48,272 nucleotides of DNA from Parcubacteria group bacterium Gr01-1014_33. Its GTDB lineage: Bacteria; Patescibacteriota; Minisyncoccia; Sungbacterales; HO2-52-23. The notes below the pieces were generated by a model. That model worked only from the letters and a program-made list of their open reading frames with translations. It had not been told where the DNA came from and searched no databases. The DNA lies in contig VMFQ01000016.1 in NCBI GenBank assembly GCA_007376125.1, forward strand, positions 1-48,272, given 5' to 3'. A program made the position numbers and the translations under genes. This document shows positions 22,455 through 31,551 of this stretch, piece by piece (positions within the stretch are counted from its first letter, which is position 1; every line of letters starts with the position of its first letter).

Positions 22455-23930
22455 TTACGACGACAACCGCGGGAATAATATCCCCGCTTTTTTTATTTTC
22501 AAGACCGAATTTTCAAAAGAAATTTGTTCGCGGATTTTTTTTGTCGTATCCGGTAAAAACGGCTCAAGGAGATTTGCGATTTCAAGGATAGCCAGCGAAA
22601 GATCTATAATCACCTGCGGCTTTTCCTGTTCCCACGGCTTTTCCTCGTTGATATATTTATCCGCCGCTTTGATAATTTGCCATACATATTCTAATGTGGA
22701 ATGGAACCGAAATTCGCGCATTGCAACCTCGTAATTTTCTCGGACCTCTTGAATAATAGTAACTAATTCTTGATTTGTGATTTGTGATTCGTGATTTGTG
22801 ATTCGCGCCTTTTCCCCAAGCGCCGCCACGCGCGCCACCAAGTTCCCCAGTCCGTTTGCAAGGTCTCCGTTATACCTATCCTCAAACTTTTTGTAACTAA
22901 AATCACCATCTTCCCACGCGGGAATTTCACGCAGGAGATAATAGCGTACCGGATCGGTGCCGTATTTTTCAACAAGTTCAATTGGATCAATCACGTTACC
23001 GAGCGTCTTTGACATCTTTTGCCCCTCAACCGTAATATACCCGTGCACAAAAAGGGTTTTGGGAAGTTCTAATTTTGCCGAAAGAAGAAACGCGGGCCAA
23101 TACACCGCATGGAACCGTGTGATACCTTTTCCAATCACATGGAGATCCGCAGGCCACCACTTTTGGTACGTCGCCTCATCCCAGCCAAAACCGATGCCTG
23201 ATTGATAAATATTTAATGCGTCAAACCATACATATATCTTTTGAGTATCGTCTCCCGGCACCGGCACGCCCCAATTTTTTGCGCGCGCGTTTGAGCGAGA
23301 AATGCTTAAGTCCTGAAGCGGTTCTCTCAAAAATGCGAGCATCTCGTTTTTGCGTGTTTCAGGGATTATTGTAAGTGTGTCCGAAGCAATAAGCCGGATA
23401 AGATCATCCTGATAGCGAGAAAGCCGGAAAAAATAATTTTCCTCGGAGACGATATCAAGTTTTCTCCCCGGATGTTCAAAACATTCGCCGTTTTTACCTA
23501 ACTCGTCCGGAGTATAAAACATTTCGCATCCCACGCAATAAAGACCCTCATACATTTTTTTATAGATATCTCCGTTTTGCGCGCATAAGCGCCACAACTC
23601 TTGGCTTGACGGATAGTGGTGATCTTTGTCGCTTCCTTTTTGAAAAACGTCAAATTGGACATTGTAGCGGCGCGCAAGATCCAAAAAGAGTTTTGCGTTT
23701 TCATCAACAAAATCCTGTACATCTCTGCCCGCCTGCTCTGCCGCCTGAACATTTTTAAGCGCGTTTTCATCGCTTCCGCAAAGGAGGAGTGTTTCTTTCC
23801 CGCGCATGCGCTGGTAGCGAGCGATGGTATCGCTTTGGACAAATTCCAGCGCGTGTCCAATATGCGGCTTTGCATTCACATAGGGAATGGCGTTTGTGAT
23901 ATAAAATTTTTTTGCGGTCTCTTTCTTCAT
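22455..23930 (-). CDS. metG: Methionyl-tRNA synthetase
   Basis: YITNAIPYVNAKPHIGHALE (HIGH-type) and KMSKTLGNVIDP. Confidence 0.92.
   Translation of the reverse strand: MKKETAKKFYITNAIPYVNAKPHIGHALEFVQSDTIARYQRMRGKETLLLCGSDENALKNVQAAEQAGRDVQDFVDENAKLFLDLARRYNVQFDVFQKGSDKDHHYPSSQELWRLCAQNGDIYKKMYEGLYCVGCEMFYTPDELGKNGECFEHPGRKLDIVSEENYFFRLSRYQDDLIRLIASDTLTIIPETRKNEMLAFLREPLQDLSISRSNARAKNWGVPVPGDDTQKIYVWFDALNIYQSGIGFGWDEATYQKWWPADLHVIGKGITRFHAVYWPAFLLSAKLELPKTLFVHGYITVEGQKMSKTLGNVIDPIELVEKYGTDPVRYYLLREIPAWEDGDFSYKKFEDRYNGDLANGLGNLVARVAALGEKARITNHESQITNQELVTIIQEVRENYEVAMREFRFHSTLEYVWQIIKAADKYINEEKPWEQEKPQVIIDLSLAILEIANLLEPFLPDTTKKIREQISFENSVLKIKKAGILFPRLSS
22771..22805. repeat. Tandem heptamer (TGATTYG)x5 inside metG
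   Basis: tgatttg tgatttg tgattcg tgatttg tgattcg. Encodes ITNHESQITNQ. Confidence 0.85.
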
Positions 23931-23957
23931 ATATGTACTTGTATCTTATCCGAAAAT

Positions 23958-24695
23958 TTATGGTTTTTCAAGGTTAAAAATATGGTCTCCGCTTTTGATC
24001 GCAAATCGTTCTGCCGCGCTCCCGCCTTGCACCACAATTTCAAGAAACCGATTTTCTCCCACGCCCGAACTTCCTCTGATACACGCGCTTGCCTGATCCG
24101 GCACATCTTTTAGGCGGGCAATATACGGAAGCGCGCCCCATAGCGTTTCTATTGTCTTGCCTTGTGTAAAATCTATTTCGCGCAGAAGAAGCGTTGTCTT
24201 GCAATTGCCAAAGTTATCTACCCACCAGACCATAGGAAGCATATCAGGAATTTTATCAATTGAGCAAATATCTCCCGGAAGATCGTGATGGGCGAGAAGA
24301 TACGCCGCAATCCGCGGAAGAAAATCATAACTGCGAAATTGTGTTTCCGCGATATAATGCTTACTGTGTTCCACTGCTAATCCAGATTTTACGAGTTCTT
24401 CTATTGCCCGCGCAGTGTCAATAATGCGGAGGGATGCGGCCAATCCGAGCTTTTTTACAAGCGAGAACGTGATGTCGTCAATTGTCCCCACGACAAGCGT
24501 TTCTCCATGCCAAAAGTAGCCGAAAGGGCTTCCGTTTTTCCATTTCTTCGCATTGCCATGCCGTGGGGCTACATTAACCAAGATCGCGCCTTTGCGTCCC
24601 TCAAGCGCGTCAATAAGATTACCCGCCGCCTCTCCATCGTCTGTTACGCCGATAAACGCAACCGCAGAATCAAAAAGACTTGAAACACGCGCCAT
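23958..24695 (-). CDS. DUF62-like protein (SAM hydroxide adenosyltransferase / SAM-cleaving family), tentative
   Basis: VWWVDNFGNCKTT and C-terminal GENRFLEIVVQGGSAAERFAIKSGD resemble the DUF62 C-terminal barrel. The N-terminus LVNVAPRHG is divergent. Confidence 0.4.
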   Translation of the reverse strand: MARVSSLFDSAVAFIGVTDDGEAAGNLIDALEGRKGAILVNVAPRHGNAKKWKNGSPFGYFWHGETLVVGTIDDITFSLVKKLGLAASLRIIDTARAIEELVKSGLAVEHSKHYIAETQFRSYDFLPRIAAYLLAHHDLPGDICSIDKIPDMLPMVWWVDNFGNCKTTLLLREIDFTQGKTIETLWGALPYIARLKDVPDQASACIRGSSGVGENRFLEIVVQGGSAAERFAIKSGDHIFNLEKP

Positions 24696-24808
24696 TTGCC
24701 TACCTGCGGCATTTGCGTCGCGACAATCATTAATTACTACCGTGCTTATAAATAAAAAACCTCCGGACGGAGAAAATTTTTACTGTTTCTCGTAAAGAAA
24801 AACAAAAA

Positions 24809-24874
24809 TTACCCCACGTGGAAGAGGTTCATCATCCGCATCATCATCATCATCATGGAATTTTTGTTATCCAT
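24809..24874 (-). promoter_or_regulatory. Candidate leaderless Met-rich leader peptide MDNKNSMMMMMMRMMNLFHVG
   Basis: ATG at 24874 lies 7 nt after a -10 box. The tract is (ATG)6 CGG (ATG)2. A weak hairpin plus T-tract follows (24751..24772), then the DUF62-like gene and metG. Confidence 0.35.
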
Positions 24875-24881
24875 ATTAAAC

Positions 24882-24910
24882 ATGGTATCGCAATTCTAAA
24901 ATCAAGTCAA
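24882..24910 (-). promoter_or_regulatory. Sigma-70-like promoter upstream of the Met-rich peptide
   Basis: Minus strand: TTGACT-17 nt-TACCAT. Confidence 0.35.
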
Positions 24911-24968
24911 TTTCCTAGAGAAATAGACGCTCCCTTTGCATCTTCAGCAAACGAGAATCTCCACACAA

Positions 24969-25388
24969 TTATTTCCGTTTTCTGTGCCAATACATTGCGC
25001 CGAGAAGTCCTCCGAGCGTATCAAACATAAGATCACCAATATTGTCCGCGTATGTCATAATGCTTGCCTGACCGAGTATGAGTACCTGATAGCGATCAAT
25101 TATGAGTTCGTACCATTCCCATAACACACCGAGCACTATGGCACCCGCAACGTAGAGCGCGATTTCCATCCAGAAAGGAATTTCAATGCGATGCGAGAGC
25201 CGCGCGTACGAAACAAGCTCCCGAGTGAAAAAAAATGCGTACACGCCCCCGACAATATGCAACACATTGCTTATTTCCCATGCGGTCCACGATTGAGGAT
25301 TGATAGTCCAGACAAGGATATAGGCGCTTAGCACGATACCGCCCCCTACCCCCAGAAGAGAGTAAATCTTTTTTTTATGAGGTTGCAT
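24969..25388 (-). CDS. Membrane protein (139 aa), hypothetical
   Basis: Four predicted hydrophobic helices. No motif recognised. Confidence 0.55.
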   Translation of the reverse strand: MQPHKKKIYSLLGVGGGIVLSAYILVWTINPQSWTAWEISNVLHIVGGVYAFFFTRELVSYARLSHRIEIPFWMEIALYVAGAIVLGVLWEWYELIIDRYQVLILGQASIMTYADNIGDLMFDTLGGLLGAMYWHRKRK

Positions 25389-25537
25389 GTCTGCTATTGA
25401 CCTTTCACAGTTACCTTAACGCAGGGAGGTTCAAAAATGGCTTATTTTAGGGATTTTTTAAGATACGACTTGTTAAGCTGATAGTGAAAGATCAATAAGA
25501 TATAGAACTTTCGCGTTTGATGAAAATCACGAACGTT

Positions 25538-25616
25538 TGTCATTCCCGTGAAAGCGGGAATCCAGTGTTCATGCTCTATACGGTGTTTCTGGATTCCCGC
25601 TTTCACGGGAATGACA
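25538..25616. repeat. Nested inverted repeat (two 27-nt arms, each itself a hairpin)
   Basis: GTCATTCCCGTGAAAGCGGGAATCCAG (25538..25564) and its exact reverse complement (25590..25616). It lies immediately downstream of the AI-2E gene stop. Confidence 0.8.
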
Positions 25617-25643
25617 GTAAACGCGTAAGTCCTAAGATATTTT

Positions 25644-26687
25644 CTACTCCGGCATCAATGCGCGTTTCTTTTTATCCCAATCGTCCAGAAATTCCGCCCC
25701 AATCGCCGTAAGCGGAACCGCAAGGAGAATTCCGAAGATGCCGCCGAGTTTCCCGCCCACTAAAAGTGCGAGCACGACGATCAATGGGCTTAGTCCTATT
25801 GCTTTTCGCATAACCACCGGCACGATTATGTGGCTTTCCATCTGCTGCACCGCAACAAAGAGAATCGCCGTGGATATACCGAGCAAAGGCGAGGCAAGAA
25901 ACGCGGCAGACACCGCGGGGACCGCGGCAAGGATAGGGCCTACAACCGGAATAATTTCAAACACCGCGGAGAGAAGCGCGAAAAGGAGCGCATACCGTAC
26001 GCCAAGCATCGTGAGTCCGAAGAAAATGAAAAATCCGACTATCGCGCCGAGAAGTATCTGCGTTTGAAGCCATCGCCCAAGTTTTTTTTGCGCGCGCGTC
26101 CAAAGATCCAATACATACGGCTCTTGGTCCAGAGGCGTTACAAGCCGCAAGAAACTTTCAATTCCTCTCTCTTGCGCCGCAAGATAAAACGAGAATACAA
26201 TAATCAGCGCAAATGAGAAAATGCCTCCGAATATCCCTGCCGCAAAATTAACCACGCCTCCGCTTATCTTGCCGGCAAACTCCGTAGGGATACGGAAAAA
26301 TAAATCGGCGTTATCGGAAAGAAACGGAGTAAGAGAGAAAAATCCAAGGTGTTCAATTTCCGTCAAAAATTGGGATTGGAGCGCGGGAAATGTGGTACTC
26401 ACTGTTTGAAGCTCCTCCGCAACCAAAGGAAAGATGAGATAGATGATAAATGCGGCAAACGCGGCAAGCCCGATATATATCAAAAGCGCGCCCAAAATTC
26501 GCGGCACCTTTCTTTTTTGGAGCCAGCGTATCGCCGGCTCAATGGCGGATGCCACAATCACGGCGAAAATCAACGAGAATATAATGTCGCTTATGTAGTA
26601 CACCGCGGCAAGCGCAATAATGATTGCAAAAAAACGAAGAAAGGTCGCGGTAGAGATATTGAGATAGTGTGATTCTTTCTGGTTCAT
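25644..26687 (-). CDS. AI-2E family transporter (PerM/UPF0118)
   Basis: 347 aa, about 8 TM helices, with the typical IPVVGPILAAVPA and GGIFGILLAVPL segments. Confidence 0.8.
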   Translation of the reverse strand: MNQKESHYLNISTATFLRFFAIIIALAAVYYISDIIFSLIFAVIVASAIEPAIRWLQKRKVPRILGALLIYIGLAAFAAFIIYLIFPLVAEELQTVSTTFPALQSQFLTEIEHLGFFSLTPFLSDNADLFFRIPTEFAGKISGGVVNFAAGIFGGIFSFALIIVFSFYLAAQERGIESFLRLVTPLDQEPYVLDLWTRAQKKLGRWLQTQILLGAIVGFFIFFGLTMLGVRYALLFALLSAVFEIIPVVGPILAAVPAVSAAFLASPLLGISTAILFVAVQQMESHIIVPVVMRKAIGLSPLIVVLALLVGGKLGGIFGILLAVPLTAIGAEFLDDWDKKKRALMPE

Positions 26688-26702
26688 AGTAAAAAACTTG
26701 AT

Positions 26703-27971
26703 CTAAAAAGCGCCGAGAATTTTTTGAAACATCTCCTTATCCTTACACGGCCCGATCATCGCAAGATGCAGTTTCTCCGGACGCATGAGTTCTCGCGAAA
26801 CCTCTCGGATATCCTCGGCAGTTACCCCGTCAATTTTCGCAAACACTTCTTCCGCAGTCATTGGTTTTCCGGTGATCATCTCCTCGGTCCCCACGAAACT
26901 TGCCACCGCGTTTGATTGCTCAAGCCCGATTAACGTAGTGCCGCGGATATAGTTTTTTACGCGTTTTAATTCTTCCTCCGACACAAGTTCTTGCGTTATT
27001 TTTTTATATTCCTCAAGCGCGGCTTGGATTGTTTTCTCCACGTTTTTATGATCCACTCCCGCGTACGTTACCAATTGCCCTCGGTTTGAGTACGACTCGT
27101 GGCTTGTCCATACGGTGTAGGCAAGTCCCAGTTTTTCCCGAATTCTATCCCACATGCGCGCGCTCCACGATCCGCCAAGGAGCGTTGCGAGGACATCCGC
27201 GGCATAGCGTTTTTCATGGAACGCATCGTACCCGTGGAATCCGAGCGCAATATGCGTCTGATCCGTCTCTTTATACTCAAGCGCAATACGCTCCGCGTCC
27301 GGCTCCCGATATTCGGCTTTTTTCCGAAACGGCGCATCATGCCGGATACCGGAAAAAAGTTCCTTTATCTTTTGAAATGTTTTTTCCTCATCAAAGTTTC
27401 CGGCAACCACCACCGCGGTGTCTCCCGCCACATATTGATGATGAAAATAATTTACAAAATCGTCCCGCGCAAGCCCGCGGATAACTTTTTCTTCTCCGAT
27501 CACGTCGCGTCCCGCTGGCTGATCTCCGTATAAGAGCCGTTCCCATACCCACCAAATATAGAGCGTGGGCGTGTCGCGATCTTTATGCATTTCTTCTATT
27601 ATTACCTGCCGCTCGCGCTCAATTTCTCCTTCCGTAAGGAGAGAATTATTATAAATATCGGCAAGCAAATCCAAAGATTGGTCAAGATATGTTTTCGCGG
27701 CCTTTATGTGATAACCCGTAATTTCGTGCGATGTAAACGCGTTTGAAATGGAACCCATGCTGTCAAGCTCGTGTTTAATCTCATCCGGCGTGGGACGGTT
27801 TTTCGTGCCTTTAAAAAACATGTGCTCCAAGAAATGCGAAATTCCGTTAATCTCGCGCGATTCATAATCCGATCCAGTGCCGCACAAAACAAGTATGGTT
27901 ACCGTATTTGTCCCCTGCATGGGCGCAGTAATAATCCTCAAACCATTGTCTAACGTAGTTTTTTTAAACAT
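26703..27971 (-). CDS. M16-family (pitrilysin/insulinase-like) zinc peptidase
   Basis: Inverted zinc motif HFLEHMFFKGT (HxxEH). Confidence 0.85.
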   Translation of the reverse strand: MFKKTTLDNGLRIITAPMQGTNTVTILVLCGTGSDYESREINGISHFLEHMFFKGTKNRPTPDEIKHELDSMGSISNAFTSHEITGYHIKAAKTYLDQSLDLLADIYNNSLLTEGEIERERQVIIEEMHKDRDTPTLYIWWVWERLLYGDQPAGRDVIGEEKVIRGLARDDFVNYFHHQYVAGDTAVVVAGNFDEEKTFQKIKELFSGIRHDAPFRKKAEYREPDAERIALEYKETDQTHIALGFHGYDAFHEKRYAADVLATLLGGSWSARMWDRIREKLGLAYTVWTSHESYSNRGQLVTYAGVDHKNVEKTIQAALEEYKKITQELVSEEELKRVKNYIRGTTLIGLEQSNAVASFVGTEEMITGKPMTAEEVFAKIDGVTAEDIREVSRELMRPEKLHLAMIGPCKDKEMFQKILGAF

Positions 27972-27993
27972 AGAGTTACACGCACCGTCCTAT

Positions 27994-28365
27994 TTATATC
28001 TCTACTAGACCAAGACTAATTTTAAGCGCACCACCAACTCGAATCATGGTATCAGATGTGATCATGCCTACGCGCCGGATTAAGCGTACGTTATCAATAG
28101 TGCGTATCTGATTGAGAAGTATTGCCGATTCTTCCGTTAATCCCCCTTCGCCTCTCTGGACTAATACTTCCGTAGGATAGAGCGGTGGATTAAATTGTGA
28201 AGTGACCGCCGCAACGATGGTTACAGGACTATGTGCATTTGCCACATCATTTTGAAGAATGAGTGCAGGACGAGTTTTTCTGATTTCCGCGCCAAGAGTA
28301 GGATCAAAATTCACCAGCCAAATTTCACTCCGCCGTGGCGTACTTATTTTCTTCTTTTTTTCCAT
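27994..28365 (-). CDS. mazF: MazF/PemK-type mRNA interferase toxin
   Basis: RSEIWLVNFDPTLGAEIRKTRPALILQND and LNQIRTIDNVRL. Confidence 0.85.
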   Translation of the reverse strand: MEKKKKISTPRRSEIWLVNFDPTLGAEIRKTRPALILQNDVANAHSPVTIVAAVTSQFNPPLYPTEVLVQRGEGGLTEESAILLNQIRTIDNVRLIRRVGMITSDTMIRVGGALKISLGLVEI

Positions 28366-28601
28366 ATATCATGAAGAGAGGACCATTCTTGGGCGATTCC
28401 AAGATCCCGTTCGGCCCTCCGAAGCGCACCCTCACGAAGTTGTTTTCGTATTTGCGCGCGCCCCATCTCTCGGATATAAAATCGGATCGCCTCATCAACA
28501 AGACGACTCCGCTCACCCCGCTCTGCTACCTTATCAACAAGTCGTATAGCCGTGGGAGAAAGGGTAATATTAACCCTTTTATGTGTTGCTAATTTATTCA
28601 T
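28344..28601 (-). CDS. Ribbon-helix-helix antitoxin partner of MazF
   Basis: KRVNITLSPTAIRLVDKVAE (RHH beta-strand plus helix). It overlaps the mazF start by 22 nt. Confidence 0.7.
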   Translation of the reverse strand: MNKLATHKRVNITLSPTAIRLVDKVAERGERSRLVDEAIRFYIREMGRAQIRKQLREGALRRAERDLGIAQEWSSLHDIWKKRRK

Positions 28602-28611
28602 AATTCTAGTA

Positions 28612-28630
28612 TACACACTGATAGTGTGTA
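28612..28630. promoter_or_regulatory. Palindromic candidate operator overlapping the TA promoter
   Basis: TACACAC-TGATA-GTGTGTA lies 11 nt upstream of the antitoxin ATG. TATACT -10-like hexamer is adjacent. Confidence 0.4.
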
Positions 28631-28720
28631 GTCAACCGTATTCATACACAGGTTTGATTCCAGTCTCGATCCAAATCCTCATTATTCTCTTTGCAAGGTG
28701 TACCTTCGTTCATGATACTA

Positions 28721-30100
28721 TTATACAAAACTCTTCTGGAGAAAAGAATTTAATTCTTCATTTCTCACCCTCTCTTGCTCCATGGTATCCCTATCGCGCA
28801 CAGTTACGGTGTCATCTTCAAGCGTTTGATGATCTATCGTGACACACCACGGCGTTCCGATTTCATCTTGCCTCCGGTAGCGTTTGCCTATGTTTCCGAT
28901 GTCGTCAAAGACAATAGGTTGTAGGTTGTAGGAAGTAGTTTGTAGGTTTTTGTAAACTTCACGCGCTTTCTCCACTAATTGCGGCTTATTCGCCAAAAGC
29001 GGAAATACCGCAACTTTTATTGGCGCGAGTTTTGGATGAAGTTTCAGTACCGTGCGTTTTTCTTTTCCTTCGCCTTCTTCGCGATATGCGTCAATAAGAA
29101 AAAAGAGTGCTGCACGGTCCACTCCGCCGGATGTTTCAATGACCCATGGCGTTACCCATTCGCGCGTCTCGTCGTCAAAATACGCGAGACGCTCGCCTGA
29201 AAATTTGGAATGCCGCGACAAATCCCAATCGCCACGGTTATGAATTCCTTCAAGCTCTTTCCATCCGCCGAATGGTGAATCGTATTCAATATCCCACGCC
29301 GCTTTTGCATAGTGCGCTTTTTCATCCTCCTCATGCTTCCGAAACCGCACATGCGATTTCTCCATCCCGAGCGAGATATACCATTTTATTCTCTCTTCTT
29401 TCCAATATCCGAACCAATCGTCCGGCATCCATTTTCCGCGTAAATCCGCGTTGCTGTCACCGTGAGTCCGCACGGTTCTGCTTGCTAAAGGCGAGCAGAA
29501 CCATTGGAGTTCCATTTGTTCAAATTCGCGCGAACGAAATGTGAAATTTCCAGGAGTAATTTCATTGCGGAATGCTTTTCCGATCTGCGCGATTCCAAAC
29601 GGCAATTTGCGCCAGCTTGAGTCAAGGATATTTTTGAAATTAACATGAACGCCCTGCGTGATCTCACCGCGAAGATAGACGGATAATTTTCCTTCTTCCA
29701 CCGCACCAAGTTTCGCCTCTACAAGAAGATTGAATTTTCTCGGCTCGGTCCATTCCACTTTTTCCTTTTTCTTCTTGTGTATCTCCTCGTGTGCTTTTAT
29801 TTCGTCCTCGTGATCCGCGCGCACGCGCGTATGACATTTCTTGCACTCTACTAAAGGATCAGTAAAGGCATCCGTATGCCCCGACGCCTCCCATACTTTC
29901 GGGTTCATTAAAATCGCGGCATCCAACCCCACGGTATCGTCTCGCCCATACACCATCGTTTTCCAAAACTCGCGCTTGATATTGTTTTTAAGCTCCACTC
30001 CCAAAGGCCCATAATCCCACATTCCGGCAAGCCCTCCATAGATTTCCGATCCCGGGAAAATAAAACCACGCCTCTTGGCAAGCGATATAATTTTTTCCAT
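28721..30100 (-). CDS. glyQS: Glycyl-tRNA synthetase (alpha2 GlyQS type)
   Basis: MEKIISLAKRRGFIFPGSEIYGGL, FRNEITPGNFTFRSREFEQMELQWF and IGKRYRRQDEIGTPWCVTID. GGAGG lies 5 nt before the ATG at 30100. Confidence 0.9.
   Translation of the reverse strand: MEKIISLAKRRGFIFPGSEIYGGLAGMWDYGPLGVELKNNIKREFWKTMVYGRDDTVGLDAAILMNPKVWEASGHTDAFTDPLVECKKCHTRVRADHEDEIKAHEEIHKKKKEKVEWTEPRKFNLLVEAKLGAVEEGKLSVYLRGEITQGVHVNFKNILDSSWRKLPFGIAQIGKAFRNEITPGNFTFRSREFEQMELQWFCSPLASRTVRTHGDSNADLRGKWMPDDWFGYWKEERIKWYISLGMEKSHVRFRKHEEDEKAHYAKAAWDIEYDSPFGGWKELEGIHNRGDWDLSRHSKFSGERLAYFDDETREWVTPWVIETSGGVDRAALFFLIDAYREEGEGKEKRTVLKLHPKLAPIKVAVFPLLANKPQLVEKAREVYKNLQTTSYNLQPIVFDDIGNIGKRYRRQDEIGTPWCVTIDHQTLEDDTVTVRDRDTMEQERVRNEELNSFLQKSFV
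28917..28944. repeat. Heptamer tract (GGTTGTA-type) inside glyQS
   Basis: ggttgta ggttgta ggaagta gtttgta. Encodes LQTTSYNLQP. Confidence 0.75.
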
Positions 30101-30205
30101 TATATCCTCCATATTGCCCACTCTATCAGAAAACCTTGAAGAAATAAAGGGCATACACGAGACCGCCAATTTTGATGAATCTACCGCCGCTGATACTCTC
30201 TTCAT

Positions 30206-30235
30206 AAAAAAACGCCAACCACAATGGATCGGCGT
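30206..30235 (-). terminator. Rho-independent terminator ending the J-domain operon
   Basis: Minus strand: ACGCCGA-N10-TTGGCGT followed by TTTTTTT. Confidence 0.6.
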
Positions 30236-30255
30236 ATGACCTGACTCAATTTATC

Positions 30256-31551
30256 CTACGTTACGTTTAGCACAATATGAGACATAAAAATAGGATGGTT
30301 TTTCTGCATTAAATTTCCAAGTATTTTCGCTCCGTTGATTTCTTTCTTTGGCATCCGCGGTAATTTTGGTTCCTCAAACGACACAATAGCCCTGCCGGGA
30401 TATAGGAATGGTTCAACTTCGTGAAGGATGTTCTCCGGTATTTCAACCCGATACAACTTATTATGCGGGGAATCTTTCCGATGGAAGAGCCCTTTATAAA
30501 GATCTATTGATCCCAAAACATGCAACCGTTGAGATTCGTTAACCGCATCCCCGACGATTGTTTGATCGCTGATAAATAATTTCTGCGGCGCAATAATCAT
30601 ATCTGTGACACATCTATCTCCAAACACGCGAGAAAGCTCACGGAGTATTATCCAGTATCTCTGCAATTCATCATGTGTCCACTTAGCCGTATATGTCTCC
30701 TCTATAACTCCTCCATAATCTTTACGAAGAAGATGAGCAATTTTGGGCATCTCCAACTCATGCATTGCGAGCTCATAACTCCATCGGATAGCGGGAGCTT
30801 TATACCCCGACTTTCTTGCTCTTTCAATAAGAACTGACACAGATTCAACCTCAAGGTGAAACGCATTGACCGTACTCTGTAATCCGGTAATAAGTTCATC
30901 AGAAATCTCAAGTTCTTCTTCAGACCAGCGGCTCTTCCTCTTTCTGGGAAGTTTCCGCAATACTTGTGCGTATTCTTCTCTTATCTTTAATAATCCTTCC
31001 CGTTGCGGAGCATGCGGTGAGAAAGTGAAAGCAAATGTTACTACTGTTAACTCTGTGCGCTCAATCACAGACTTTATGGCATCGCCTTCAGAAAATCGTG
31101 TTGCTCGCCCGATCAAATAACCACGAGTCCATTCGTGGAAATGTCGCCTTTTCGCTATATCTTCTTGCGCTTTACGCAACGACTCTTCAAGCTCTCTCAC
31201 TTTTCCTTGTGAGTTTTGGATTTGGATTGCAAGCGTCCGTTCCTCTCTGCGCTGGTATGAATGCATCTCACGAAATTCAGCGATTGCCCGTTCAAAAATG
31301 CCGCGATCTTCCAAAAGATTAAATGCTTCGGAGTATCGCTTGGCTATTTCACTTGTTTCGGCATCACGACCGAAATGATCGGGATGGACTTTTGCCAAAA
31401 GAAACCGTGCACTTCTCCTGCAGTAGTCATAGAGATCGTCATTTGAAAGACCAAGCATCAAAATATCCGGCGACAAACGAATCATCTCTAGGGGATTCTC
31501 TTTGCGCTCTTCGCCCTTTAACTTGCGTACCAGCTCTCGCGAGTAACTCAT
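30256..31551 (-). CDS. J-domain protein with an uncharacterised ~330-aa C-terminal region
   Basis: MLGLSNDDLYDYCRRSARFLLAKVHPDHF...AKRYSEAFNLLEDR (HPD tripeptide), then a coiled-coil-like segment and an unknown domain. Confidence 0.6.
   Translation of the reverse strand: MSYSRELVRKLKGEERKENPLEMIRLSPDILMLGLSNDDLYDYCRRSARFLLAKVHPDHFGRDAETSEIAKRYSEAFNLLEDRGIFERAIAEFREMHSYQRREERTLAIQIQNSQGKVRELEESLRKAQEDIAKRRHFHEWTRGYLIGRATRFSEGDAIKSVIERTELTVVTFAFTFSPHAPQREGLLKIREEYAQVLRKLPRKRKSRWSEEELEISDELITGLQSTVNAFHLEVESVSVLIERARKSGYKAPAIRWSYELAMHELEMPKIAHLLRKDYGGVIEETYTAKWTHDELQRYWIILRELSRVFGDRCVTDMIIAPQKLFISDQTIVGDAVNESQRLHVLGSIDLYKGLFHRKDSPHNKLYRVEIPENILHEVEPFLYPGRAIVSFEEPKLPRMPKKEINGAKILGNLMQKNHPIFMSHIVLNVT

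Noticed and set aside
24818-25030. Plus-strand ORF starting MEEVHHPHHHHHHG, which looks like a His-rich leader peptide or metal-binding protein
   Set aside because: It uses a GTG start with no RBS. It runs antisense into the 3' end of the 24969..25388 membrane gene, and it has no plus-strand gene downstream to regulate. The same repeat read on the minus strand (the Met run) sits in a coherent promoter, peptide, hairpin and gene context, so the His reading is treated as a shadow.
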